Positions 18,007-27,223 of a stretch of 28,904 bases of DNA are shown in pieces. Below the pieces are notes generated by a model, which did not search any database, was not told the DNA's origin, and worked only from the letters and a program-made list of their open reading frames with translations. Origin of the DNA: Thermoplasmatales archaeon SW_10_69_26. Lineage in GTDB: Archaea > Thermoplasmatota > SW-10-69-26. The stretch is taken from assembly GCA_003009755.1 (NCBI GenBank), contig PXUB01000031.1, positions 1-28,904 of the forward strand. Reading direction: 5' to 3'. Position numbers and translations under genes: made by a program. Position 1 is the first letter of the stretch. Each line of letters opens with the position of its first letter.

Positions 18007-18450
18007 TCAGGGAGGTCCGTTGTAGCAGCCGCTCGTGCACTCGACGGTGTAGTTGGTGGCAGCGTCCACGGAGAGAGCCTCGACGGAGAACTGCGGGGAG
18101 CCGCAGGGCGAGGTGACCTCGACCGTGGCGGGCTCGCCCGGCTCGGCGACGGCGGTCACGGTCTGGGCGTCGGCGTCGCCGCCGACGTGGTCGGCGTGGA
18201 TGGCCAGTCGAGCGTCGAGGTGCGTCTCGTCGAGCTCGCTGGGCACGGCCAGCGTGAGCGTGTGATCGACGGTCACGGGGAGGCACCAGGACCGCCAGTC
18301 GTCCTCGGTGTCGTCGTGGGCGATCCCGTGGTAGACGGTCGACCCGCGGGCGTGGTCCTCGTGCGAGACGAGGCCGATCCCCTGTGCAGGCAGCCCCGCG
18401 AGGACCAACGCTGCGATCAGCAAGGAAACCCCCAAGCCCTTCGTTCGCAT
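18007..18450 (-). CDS. Secreted hypothetical protein
   Basis: Signal peptide MRTKGLGVSLLIAALVLAGLPAQG; 4 Cys; CTTAAG TATA-like box about 25-30 bp upstream. Confidence 0.7.
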   Translation of the reverse strand: MRTKGLGVSLLIAALVLAGLPAQGIGLVSHEDHARGSTVYHGIAHDDTEDDWRSWCLPVTVDHTLTLAVPSELDETHLDARLAIHADHVGGDADAQTVTAVAEPGEPATVEVTSPCGSPQFSVEALSVDAATNYTVECTSGCYNGPP

Positions 18451-18490
18451 GGGAGACGAAGGGTTCGGCGGACGCTTAAGGCTTCGGACC

Positions 18491-19165
18491 TCACGCCAGC
18501 CCGACGAGGTAGGCGAGGCCGGCCATGGCGCCCCAGCTGACGAGGGGGACGGTGAGGTTGTCCTCGCCGGGCAGGGTCTCGACGAGCATGCCGACGATCG
18601 TGCCGAGGAGCACGATCCAGATGAGGTGCAGGGGGAGGGTGACCTCGCCGGTGAAGCTGGGTCGGTCGAAGGGGAGGTGGTAGACGTTGGCGAGCATGAG
18701 CGCCCAGGGGTAGGCGGCGCCGAGGCCGGCGCCGGTGCCCTCGAGGGACTTGTCGGGGTTCCACGGGATGGGGATCGATCCGTAGGCTTTGCCGATGAGG
18801 GCGCTGGCGGCGTCGCCGATGCCGAGGATGGCGTAGGCGGCGAACGCGATCGAGAGGGGGACGGTGAGCGCGTCGCCGAGCACGGCGACGAGGATGAGGC
18901 CGCCGACGAAGTAGAAGGGCGCCCGCGGGAAATCCTCCTCGGGGCGCATCGTCTCGTCCATCGTCCGGGCGAGGGCGCGCTGGCCTTCGCCGACGGGGCC
19001 CTCGAGCTGTTCGCCGCGGTCGTCGAGGTACCAGACGAGCGTGATGAGGGCGAGGCCGAGCAGGGCGACGAGGACGCCGACCAGGAGGTCGAACAGCAAG
19101 AGGAAGGGCACGGCGAGCACGGCGGCGCTCGCGTGCAGGATCTTGCGCTTGACCTCCAGGTCCAC
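18491..19165 (-). CDS. SEC59/DGK1/VTE5-family CTP-dependent isoprenoid-alcohol/lipid kinase
   Basis: KRKILH, GIGDAASALIGK..G, NPDKSLEGT and EDNLTVP motifs; multiple TM helices. Confidence 0.87.
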   Translation of the reverse strand: MDLEVKRKILHASAAVLAVPFLLLFDLLVGVLVALLGLALITLVWYLDDRGEQLEGPVGEGQRALARTMDETMRPEEDFPRAPFYFVGGLILVAVLGDALTVPLSIAFAAYAILGIGDAASALIGKAYGSIPIPWNPDKSLEGTGAGLGAAYPWALMLANVYHLPFDRPSFTGEVTLPLHLIWIVLLGTIVGMLVETLPGEDNLTVPLVSWGAMAGLAYLVGLA

Positions 19166-19169
19166 GCCC

Positions 19170-20120
19170 TCACCTCTCCAGGAGCTCGCCCGCGGCCGAG
19201 CGGGGCGTGAGCTTGCGGCCCATCACGTCCTCGACGAACCCTTCGAACCGGCGGGTGCCTTCCTCGCTCCCGAGGACGCGTTCGGTGACGCGTTCCTTCA
19301 TGAGCGAGACGATCTCGTGCTCGGCGCGTTCGCGGCGGCGCTCGTCCAGCTCGCCCGTGGTCTCCAGGTGCTCGCGGTGGCCCTCGTAGGCCGCGACGAG
19401 CTCGTCGACGCCGTCGCCGTTCTTGGCGATCGTCTCGACGATCGGGGGCCGCCAGGCATCGTCGTCGGCGTCCTCGAAGGCCAGGCGGAGGTGGGATTCG
19501 AGCTCGGCGACGGTCTGCTGGACGCCGTCGAGGTCGGCCTTGTTGACGGCGAAGACGTCGGCGATCTCCATGATGCCGGCCTTGATCGTCTGGATGTCGT
19601 CCCCGAGCCCGGGCACGGCGACGAGGGCGACGGTGTCGGCGGTGCGGACGATGTCGACCTCGCCTTGGCCGACGCCCATCGTCTCGATGACGACGACGTC
19701 CTTGCCCATCGCGTCGAGGATGCGGACGGCGTCGTGGATGGCGGGGGCGAGTCCGCCGAGCTTGCCGCGGGAGCCCATCGATCGGACGAAAACGTCGGGG
19801 TCGGTCGATCGGCGGCTCATGCGGATGCGGTCGGCGAGCACGGCACCGCCGGTGAACGGCGAGCTGGGGTCGACGGCGATGACGCCGACGGTGGCCTCGT
19901 CCTCGCGGTAGCTGTCGACGAGCTTGTCGACGAGCGTGGACTTGCCGCTGCCGGGCGGCCCGGTGACGCCTTGGATCTCGGCCGAACCGGTCTCGGGGTG
20001 GATGCGTTCGAGGGCGCGCCAGGCGCGATCGTCGCGGTCCTCGGCCCAGCTGATCAGGCGGGCGGCGGCGCGCGGGTTGCCGTCGAGGACGGCGTCGGCG
20101 ACCTGCCCGGGATCGTCCAT
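19170..20120 (-). CDS. meaB: Methylmalonyl-CoA mutase-associated GTPase MeaB
   Basis: GVTGPPGSGKST, AVDPSSPFTGGAVLADRIRM, ETMGVGQGE and NKAD motifs. Confidence 0.96.
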   Translation of the reverse strand: MDDPGQVADAVLDGNPRAAARLISWAEDRDDRAWRALERIHPETGSAEIQGVTGPPGSGKSTLVDKLVDSYREDEATVGVIAVDPSSPFTGGAVLADRIRMSRRSTDPDVFVRSMGSRGKLGGLAPAIHDAVRILDAMGKDVVVIETMGVGQGEVDIVRTADTVALVAVPGLGDDIQTIKAGIMEIADVFAVNKADLDGVQQTVAELESHLRLAFEDADDDAWRPPIVETIAKNGDGVDELVAAYEGHREHLETTGELDERRRERAEHEIVSLMKERVTERVLGSEEGTRRFEGFVEDVMGRKLTPRSAAGELLER

Positions 20121-20515
20121 CAAGCGGCGACCTCTCGGATGCGCTCGATGATGCGCTTGGTGTTCGTCCCGGGCCCGAAGACGTCCTCGATGCCCTGTTC
20201 CTCGAGCTCCTCGATGTCGTCGTCGGGGATCGTGCCGCCGCCGAAGACGGTGATGTCGCCGGCTTGGCGGTCCTCGAGGTGCTCGACGACGCGGGGGAAC
20301 AGGGCCATGTGAGCGCCGGACAGGCAGGACAAGGCGACGACGTCGACGTCCTCCTGCAGCGCCGCCTGCGCGATCTCCTCGGGGCTTTGGCGGAGGCCGG
20401 TGTAGATGACCTCCATCCCGGCGTCGCGGAGGGCGCGGGCGATGACCTTGGCACCGCGGTCGTGCCCATCCAGGCCGGGTTTGGCGACCAGGACGCGGAT
20501 CTTGTCCTCGCTCAT
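20120..20515 (-). CDS. Cobalamin-binding (small) subunit of methylmalonyl-CoA mutase
   Basis: [12 protein letters not shown] (DxHxxG), SCLSGAH, GGGTIP and FGPGT motifs. Confidence 0.96.
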   Translation of the reverse strand: MSEDKIRVLVAKPGLDGHDRGAKVIARALRDAGMEVIYTGLRQSPEEIAQAALQEDVDVVALSCLSGAHMALFPRVVEHLEDRQAGDITVFGGGTIPDDDIEELEEQGIEDVFGPGTNTKRIIERIREVAA

Positions 20516-20651
20516 CGGACCACCTCGGCGTGGGTCGACCCGTCTCGGGTCGCTCGTCGGTCGGTGCGCGCGGGCGGACCTCGCGGACGTGGCATATCTC
20601 GACCAATGCGGAGGGTGGTTTTAAGCGTAAGCGCCCCCGCTGATGGACAGG

Positions 20652-20679
20652 AGTGCACACCAAAGTACTATATAGTTCA
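20652..20679 (+). promoter_or_regulatory. trp operon promoter/operator: TATA box inside a palindrome, with TRP-box-like hexamers
   Basis: Perfect palindrome ACTATATAGT (20667-20676); hexamers AGTGCA (20652), AGTACT (20664) and AGTTCA (20674). Confidence 0.5.
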
Positions 20680-20698
20680 CCGAATGGTGTCGTGGTGG

Positions 20699-22045
20699 AT
20701 GCAGCGCGTCCCGATCGAGGACCCGCCCGACCCCGTCCAGTTGCTCGCCGAGCTGCGCGAGCACGGGGATGCCTTCCTGCTGCAGAGCGCGGAAGGCCCC
20801 CGCCGGCTGGCCCGCTACAGCTTCCTCGGGTTCCAGCCCCGAGCCCGGCTGCGCATCGACGGGGACGAGGCTCGCCTCGACGGGGACCCCCTCGAGGGCC
20901 GGCCCGCCGACGCGCCACGCCGCGTGCTCGACGGCCACCGCACCGACGAGGACGACGGCTACGCCTTCAACGGCGGGCTCGTCGGCTACCTCGGCTACGA
21001 GTACGCCGCCCAGCTCGAGGACCTGCCGAGGACGAGCCACCAAGGGACCGTGGGCCGGTTCCCCGACGCCGAGCTGGGCCTGTTCCTCGACGGCGTCATC
21101 TACGACCACGAACGGCGCAGCTGCTTCTACTTCACCCAAGACGAGGATCGCAGCCACGAGCTCCCCCTGACGGCGGCGCGCGAGGGCGATCCCGGATCAG
21201 GCTTCCAGATCGGGGAGCTGTCCTCCCAGCCACCCCGCAAGGATTACACCTCCACGGTGGCCGACCTGCAAGACTACGTACAGGAGGGCCACAGCTTCCA
21301 GACGGTGCTGTCGCGCAGCTTCGAGGCCAGCTTCGAGGGCTCCCCCGTCGACGCCTACGAGCAGCTGCTGGCGATCAACCCGAGCCCGTACATGTTCTTC
21401 CTCTCGTTCGACGACCGGGGCGTGTTCGGTGCCTCACCCGAGATGCTGGTCCGCGTCGAGGAGGGCCGCATCGAGACGGACCCGATCGCCGGCACGCGCC
21501 CGCTGGGCGACACGCCGGCCCAGACCCGCGCCTACGAGCGCGAGATGGTGACCAGCGAGAAGGAACGCGCCGAGCACGCGATGCTCGTCGACCTCGCCCG
21601 CAACGACGTCGGCAAGGTCGCCCAGCCGGGCACGGTCGAGGTCGAACAGCTCATGCAGGTGGAACGCTACAGCCACGTCCAGCACATGGTGTCCCGCGTA
21701 GGGGCCGACCTGGCCGAGGACGAGGACGGGCTCGACGCGTTGCAAGCCCTGTTCCCCGCCGGCACCGTGTCCGGCGCCCCCAAGGTCCGATCGATGGAGC
21801 TGATCGCCGAACTCGAACGCCAAGCCCGCGGTCCCTACGCCGGCTGCATCGGCTACCTGGGCCTCAACGGCAACGTCGACTCCGCGATCACGATCCGCTC
21901 GGCCTGGGCCCAAGACGGCACCGTCGAGATCCGCGCCGGGGCCGGCATCGTCGCCGACAGCGACCCCGAGCGCGAGTTCGAGGAGACCGAAGCCAAGGGC
22001 GAAGCCATGCTCGAGGCCCTGACCGGCAAGGGGGGCTGGACGTGA
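20699..22045 (+). CDS. trpE: Anthranilate synthase component I
   Basis: LLQS..RYSFLG, NPSPYMF, GASPEMLV, PIAGTRP, EHAMLVDLARND and PAGTVSGAPK motifs; alternative in-frame ATG at 20684. Confidence 0.95.
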   Translation: MQRVPIEDPPDPVQLLAELREHGDAFLLQSAEGPRRLARYSFLGFQPRARLRIDGDEARLDGDPLEGRPADAPRRVLDGHRTDEDDGYAFNGGLVGYLGYEYAAQLEDLPRTSHQGTVGRFPDAELGLFLDGVIYDHERRSCFYFTQDEDRSHELPLTAAREGDPGSGFQIGELSSQPPRKDYTSTVADLQDYVQEGHSFQTVLSRSFEASFEGSPVDAYEQLLAINPSPYMFFLSFDDRGVFGASPEMLVRVEEGRIETDPIAGTRPLGDTPAQTRAYEREMVTSEKERAEHAMLVDLARNDVGKVAQPGTVEVEQLMQVERYSHVQHMVSRVGADLAEDEDGLDALQALFPAGTVSGAPKVRSMELIAELERQARGPYAGCIGYLGLNGNVDSAITIRSAWAQDGTVEIRAGAGIVADSDPEREFEETEAKGEAMLEALTGKGGWT

Positions 22046-22635
22046 CCGGCCCCCACGTCCTGGTGCTGGACAACTACGACTCGTTCACCTACAACCTCGT
22101 CCAGGCGATCGGCGCCCAAGGAGCCGAGGTGACGGTGAAGCGCAACGACGACGTCGATCTGGCCGGCATCGAGCGCCTCGACCCGGACGGCATCGTCATC
22201 TCGCCCGGCCCCGGCAACCCCGCCGACCCCGACTACTTCGGCGTCTGCCGGGACGCGTTGATCGAGCTGGGCCCCACGACGCCGATCCTCGGCGTGTGCC
22301 TGGGTATGCAAGGCTTCGTCCACCACTACGGCGGCGAGGTCGTCCAGGCCCCCCGGCTGATGCACGGCAAATCCTGCCAGGTCAGCCACGACGGGCAGGG
22401 GGTCTACGTCGACATCGACGACCCCTTCGAGGCGGGACGATACCACAGCCTGCTCGTCGAGGAGGGCTCGTTGCCCGCCGACATCGAGGCGACCGCGTCC
22501 AGCGACGAGGACGAGCTGATGGGCGTCCGCCACACCGAGCACCCGATCGAGGGCGTCCAGTTCCACCCCGAAAGCATCCTCACCCCCGCCGGAGACGACA
22601 TCCTGCACAACTTCCTGGAGACGATCGAGAGATGA
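22042..22635 (+). CDS. trpG: Anthranilate synthase component II (glutamine amidotransferase)
   Basis: DNYDSFTYNL, SPGPG, LGVCLG, RYHSL and QFHPES motifs. Confidence 0.96.
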   Translation: MTGPHVLVLDNYDSFTYNLVQAIGAQGAEVTVKRNDDVDLAGIERLDPDGIVISPGPGNPADPDYFGVCRDALIELGPTTPILGVCLGMQGFVHHYGGEVVQAPRLMHGKSCQVSHDGQGVYVDIDDPFEAGRYHSLLVEEGSLPADIEATASSDEDELMGVRHTEHPIEGVQFHPESILTPAGDDILHNFLETIER

Positions 22636-23654
22636 GCGAGGACCAAGCCCTACCCGAACTGAAACGCGTACTGCTCGGCGACCTCCTCGAGCAGTCCAGC
22701 GCCGAGGACCTGATGGCCGAGATGATGGCCGGCGAAGCCACCGAAGCCCAGATCGGCGCCTTCCTGGGCACCTACAAGCTGCGCCAACCGACGACCGGCG
22801 AGCTGGCCGGGTTCGCCCAAGCCATGCGCGAGGCCGGACGCTCGGTCGACCACGGCCTCGACCGACTGATGGACACCTGCGGCACCGGCGGCGCGCTCGT
22901 CAAGAGCTTCAACGTGAGCACGACGGCCGGCTTCATCGTCGCCGGCGCCGGCGTGCCCGTCGCCAAGCACGGCAACCGCAGCGTCACCAGCCCCTCCGGC
23001 AGCGCCGACGTGCTCGAGGCGCTGGGCGCCGACATCGAACTCGAGCCCGACGGCGTCGCCTCGCTGCTCGACAAGGTCGGGTTCGCCTTCCTGTTCGCTC
23101 CCACCTTCCACCCGGCGATGCGGTACGCCGCTGGCCCGCGCAGCGAGCTGGGCGTCCCGACGGTGTTCAACATCCTGGGCCCGCTCACCAACCCCTCCCG
23201 ACCCACGCACCAGCTCGTCGGCGTCGGCCGCCCCGAGCTCGTGCGCGAGGTCGCCGAGACGATGAGCCTCGTCGGCATCGACGGCGTCGTCGTCCACGGC
23301 GCGCCCGGCTTCGACGAGGTCAGCATCGTCGGCCCGACCCGCTATGCTCGCGTGGAAGCCGGCGAGGTCACGACCGGCCACCTGACCCCCTCCGAGCTCG
23401 GCGTCGAGAGCGCCGACGTCAGCGAGGTCTCCGGCGTGCCGCCCGACCGAGCCGCCGACCTGCTCCGCGAGATCCTCGAAGGCCAAGAGGGCCCCCGCCT
23501 GGAGATGGTGGTCGCCGAGGCCGGCGTCGCCCTCTACGGGGCCGGCGAGGTCGACGATCCCGCCGCCGGCGTCGACCTGGCGCGCGAGGTCGTCGAGGAT
23601 GGCCGCGCGATCGACACCCTGGAGCGCTACATCGAGGCCAGCAACGAGGTATGA
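22632..23654 (+). CDS. trpD: Anthranilate phosphoribosyltransferase
   Basis: DTCGTGG, FNVST, KHGNRSVTS.SGSADVLEALG and FNILGPLTNP motifs. Confidence 0.96.
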   Translation: MSEDQALPELKRVLLGDLLEQSSAEDLMAEMMAGEATEAQIGAFLGTYKLRQPTTGELAGFAQAMREAGRSVDHGLDRLMDTCGTGGALVKSFNVSTTAGFIVAGAGVPVAKHGNRSVTSPSGSADVLEALGADIELEPDGVASLLDKVGFAFLFAPTFHPAMRYAAGPRSELGVPTVFNILGPLTNPSRPTHQLVGVGRPELVREVAETMSLVGIDGVVVHGAPGFDEVSIVGPTRYARVEAGEVTTGHLTPSELGVESADVSEVSGVPPDRAADLLREILEGQEGPRLEMVVAEAGVALYGAGEVDDPAAGVDLAREVVEDGRAIDTLERYIEASNEV

Positions 23655-23665
23655 GGCCCGTGTCA

Positions 23666-23779
23666 ACCTCTCGCCGCCCTCGTGAGGTTCGAAGGCGAAG
23701 AAGGAACCGCAGCTCCCATCCTGATCGCATGCCGATGGGTCCTCAGTTCGGTCCAGGCCGGGGATGGACGGGACGAGGT
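23666..23779 (+). repeat. Dispersed MITE-like element, copy B, in the trpD-trpC gap
   Basis: 16-mer identical to copy A; imperfect terminal IR ACCTCTCGCCGCCCTC / GGATGGACGGGACGAGGT; the only large gap in an otherwise overlapping operon. Confidence 0.55.
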
Positions 23780-23816
23780 CGGCCACCTCAGGGGACCGCC
23801 AGATGGTGACCAACGC

Positions 23817-24546
23817 ATGTCTGGCACCTTGAGGAAGCTCGTCGACGCCACGCACGAGCGGCTGGCCGCCGGCTTCTACGATGAGCGCCCGGCCGAGCCG
23901 ATCGAGCCCACCGGCTCGCTGGCCGACGCGATCGCCACCCACGATCCCGCGATCCGTCGACCCCGCCGAGCAAGCCCGTTGGTACGCCGAGGGCGGGGCC
24001 GCCGGCATCAGCGTCCTCACCGACCCCGACCACTTCGACGGATCGCTGGCCAACCTGCGCGAGGCCGGGGCCGCCGGACGGCCGCTGCTGATGAAAGACT
24101 TCCTCGTCGACGAGCGCCAGATCCAGGCCGCCGAGGCCTGGGGTGCCTCCGCCGTGCTCGCCATCGCCCGCCTGCCCCGCGAGGGCTACACCGACTACAC
24201 GCTTAAGCAAGCCTGCCAGGACGCCCACGACCGCGGTCTCGAGATCCTGGCCGAGGTCGTCACCGCGGACGAACTCGAGCAGGCGCTGGCCGCTGGCGCC
24301 GACGCGATCGGCGTCAACGTGCGCGATCTGGACACGCTGGCCATCGATCCCGAACGCACCCGTCACCTGCTGGCCGACCGCCAGCTCCCGGTCCCGGCGC
24401 TCCACCTCAGCGACGTCGAGACGCGCGCGGACGTCGAGCAAGCCGTCGCCGACGGCGCCCACGGCGCGCTCGTCGGCACCTCTCTCATGGAAGCCGAGGA
24501 CCCGACCCAACGTCTACGTGCCTTGCGCGGAGGACACCCATCGTGA
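23817..24546 (+). pseudogene. trpC: Indole-3-glycerol phosphate synthase with a deletion and frameshift near 23954 (could be an assembly error)
   Basis: MSGTLRKLV...SLADAIATHDPAI in one frame, then VDPAEQARWY..GGAAGISVLTD..F.GS, LMKDF and IGVNVRDL in another; the conserved IAExKxxSPS motif is absent. Confidence 0.85.
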
Positions 24547-25187
24547 ACGTGAAGCTATGCGGGCTGCAGACCGAGGCCGACGTCGACGCCGCCATCGAGG
24601 CCGAGGCCACACACGGCGGCTTCATCGTGCAGGCCCCCGAAAGCCACCGCAACCTGGACCTGGGCGAGGCGGCCGACCTCGTGGACCAGGCCAGTGAGGA
24701 GCTGACGACCGTGATCGTGACCCCCAGCGACGAGCCTGATCGAGCCCGCGAAGCGATCGAGAAGACGTCCGCCGACGTGCTGCAGGCCAGCGGGGACATC
24801 GCGCCCGGAAAGCTGGCCGAGATCGGCGAGGACACCGACGCAGACATCTGGAAGGCCGTCGGCCTCACCGACGAGGCCCACGAGACGATCGCCGAGGTCG
24901 ACCGCTACGCCGAGGCGGGGACCGACGCCGTCGTGCTCGACGCCCTGGAAGCCGGGTACGGCGGCCACGGCGAGCAGATCGACTGGGGCCACGCCAACCA
25001 CGTCCGCCGGTCGATCGCGATCGGCACCGTGCTCGCCGGCGGGCTGACGATCGACAACGTCGCCGAGGCCGTGGAGACCGTCGACCCCTGGTGCGTCGAC
25101 GTCTCCAGCGGCATCGAGACCGACGAAGCCAACGACCCCGACAAGATGCAAGCCTTCGTGCAAGCCGCCTGGGAGGCCCGGTCGTGA
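24543..25187 (+). CDS. trpF: Phosphoribosylanthranilate isomerase
   Basis: VKLCGL, VLDA..GYGGHG..IDW, LAGGL and VDVSSGIE motifs. Confidence 0.95.
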   Translation: MNVKLCGLQTEADVDAAIEAEATHGGFIVQAPESHRNLDLGEAADLVDQASEELTTVIVTPSDEPDRAREAIEKTSADVLQASGDIAPGKLAEIGEDTDADIWKAVGLTDEAHETIAEVDRYAEAGTDAVVLDALEAGYGGHGEQIDWGHANHVRRSIAIGTVLAGGLTIDNVAEAVETVDPWCVDVSSGIETDEANDPDKMQAFVQAAWEARS

Positions 25188-26383
25188 GCGACCCCGTCGA
25201 CGAGCCCAAGGACGGCTACTTCCTCCACCACGGCGGCCGCTACGTGCCCGAGACGCTGTGGGCCGCGCTCGAGGAGCTGGGCCAGGCCCACGACGAGGCG
25301 ATGGCCGATCGAGCCTTCCGCGAGGAGCTCGAGGGGATCTTCGCCGAGTACGGCGGCCGCCCGACCCCGCTGACGCACGCGCCCGGCCTCTCCGAGGAGA
25401 TCGGGGCCGAGGTGTACCTCAAACGCGAGGACCTCGTCCACGGCGGCGCGCACAAGTTCAACAACGTGATGGCGCAGGCCCTGCTGGCGCGCCGGATGGG
25501 CAAATCCGAGATGATCGCCGAGACCGGCGCCGGCCAGCACGGCGTCGCGACCGCGATGGCCGGGGCCGCCCTCGACCTCGACGTCACCGTCTACATGGGC
25601 GCCAAGGACATCCAACGCCAACAGCTCAACGTCTTCCGAATGCGGTTGATGGGCGCCGACGTCGAACCCGTCGAGGCCGGCGCCGCCACCCTCAAGGACG
25701 CCGTCAACGAAGCCATGCGCACCTGGGTCGCCGACGTCGACGACGTGCACTACTGCCTGGGCAGCGTCGTCGGTCCCGACCCCTACCCGCGCATGGTGCG
25801 CGACTACCAGGCCGTCATCGGTCGCGAGCTGCGCGAGCAATCCCTCGAACAGACCGGTCGGATCCCGGACGCGGCGATCGCCTGCGTCGGCGGCGGCTCC
25901 AACGCGATGGGCACCTTCTACCCGCTGCGCCACGACGACACCCGCCTGATCGGGGTCGAAGCCGGCGGCGAAGGCACCGACACCGACGAGCACGCCGCCA
26001 GCCTCGTCGCCGGCGAGGAGGGCGTGCTGCACGGCGCCTTGTCCTACCTGCTGCAGGACGAGGACGGCCAAGTCACCGAGCCCCACTCCGTCAGCGCCGG
26101 GCTCGACTACCCGGCGGTGGGCCCCGAGCACGCCCACTACAAGGACACCGGCCGCGCCGAGTACGTCGCCGCCACCGACGAGGCCGCGCTCGCGGCGACC
26201 CGCTGGCTGTGCGAGACGGAAGGCATCCTGCCTGCGCTCGAGCCGGCCCACGCGCTGGCCTACCTCCGCGAAGCGGGGGACGAATTCGCGGAGGACGACG
26301 TCGTCGCGCTCACGCTGTCCGGCCGCGGCGACAAGGACGTGCACACGCTACGCGACGAGATGGACATGGGGGAGATCGCGTGA
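25184..26383 (+). CDS. trpB: Tryptophan synthase beta chain (TrpB1 type)
   Basis: [46 protein letters not shown] and LSGRGDKD motifs. Confidence 0.97.
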   Translation: MSDPVDEPKDGYFLHHGGRYVPETLWAALEELGQAHDEAMADRAFREELEGIFAEYGGRPTPLTHAPGLSEEIGAEVYLKREDLVHGGAHKFNNVMAQALLARRMGKSEMIAETGAGQHGVATAMAGAALDLDVTVYMGAKDIQRQQLNVFRMRLMGADVEPVEAGAATLKDAVNEAMRTWVADVDDVHYCLGSVVGPDPYPRMVRDYQAVIGRELREQSLEQTGRIPDAAIACVGGGSNAMGTFYPLRHDDTRLIGVEAGGEGTDTDEHAASLVAGEEGVLHGALSYLLQDEDGQVTEPHSVSAGLDYPAVGPEHAHYKDTGRAEYVAATDEAALAATRWLCETEGILPALEPAHALAYLREAGDEFAEDDVVALTLSGRGDKDVHTLRDEMDMGEIA

Positions 26384-27162
26384 CGCGGCTCGAGGGCGCG
26401 CTCGACGAGCCCGGCCTGGTGGCCTACCTCGTCGGTGACCACCCCGACCGCGAGCGGTTCCTCGCCTACGCCGACGCCCTCGTCGACGCCGGCGTCAGCG
26501 TGCTCGAGGTCGGCATCCCGTTCAGCGACCCGATCGCCGACGGGCCCACGATCCAGACCGCCGTCACCGAAGCCCTCGCCGAGGGCGTGCGCCCGCCCGA
26601 CGTGATCGAGGCGATCGCCGAGCTGCGCGACCGCCACCCGCACGTGCCGATCGTCCCGATGACCTACACCAACATCGTCCACCGCATCGGCTACGATCGC
26701 TTCGACCAGCGGTTGACGGAGGCCGGCGCCGACGGCGCGATCCTGGCCGACCAGCCACCCGAGGCCGCCCGCCACAGCACCGGCCTGGACGAGCTCGATC
26801 AGGTGTTCCTGGCCTCGCCCGCCACCGACGACGAGCGGCTGGCGACGGTGACCCGGTCGACGCGCGGATTCCTCTACGTCGTCGGGCTCTTCGGCACGAC
26901 CGGCGCCCGCGAGAGGCTGGATCCCCGCACGGTCGAGCTCGTCGAACGCGTGGCCCCGATCGCCGACGACCAGGGCACGCCCTTCGCCGTCGGGTTCGGC
27001 GTCTCCCGCGGCGACCACGCCCGCCACCTCGTCGAAGCCGGCGCCGACGGCGTCGTCGTCGGGTCCGCCTTCGTCGACGAGATCCTCGACCGCGAGGACC
27101 CCAAGGCCGTCGGCGACCTGGCGCGCGAGCTGGTCGCCGGCATCGAGGACGCAGGCAAGTGA
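26380..27162 (+). CDS. trpA: Tryptophan synthase alpha chain
   Basis: [30 protein letters not shown] and ADGVVVGSA motifs. Confidence 0.97.
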   Translation: MTRLEGALDEPGLVAYLVGDHPDRERFLAYADALVDAGVSVLEVGIPFSDPIADGPTIQTAVTEALAEGVRPPDVIEAIAELRDRHPHVPIVPMTYTNIVHRIGYDRFDQRLTEAGADGAILADQPPEAARHSTGLDELDQVFLASPATDDERLATVTRSTRGFLYVVGLFGTTGARERLDPRTVELVERVAPIADDQGTPFAVGFGVSRGDHARHLVEAGADGVVVGSAFVDEILDREDPKAVGDLARELVAGIEDAGK

Positions 27163-27223
27163 CCGGTCGCGAACCGCAACCCTTTCAACGAGCCGCCTTC
27201 CTGGGTTCCTTTGGGATGGGTGC

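Noticed and set aside
20643-20675. 10-codon uORF MDRSAHQSTI upstream of trpE as an attenuator peptide
   Set aside because: No Trp codons and no terminator/antiterminator structure; it overlaps the promoter
23940-23965. Programmed ribosomal frameshift in trpC (also considered for DGGGP synthase)
   Set aside because: No slippery sequence, and conserved residues are physically missing, so recoding could not restore the protein
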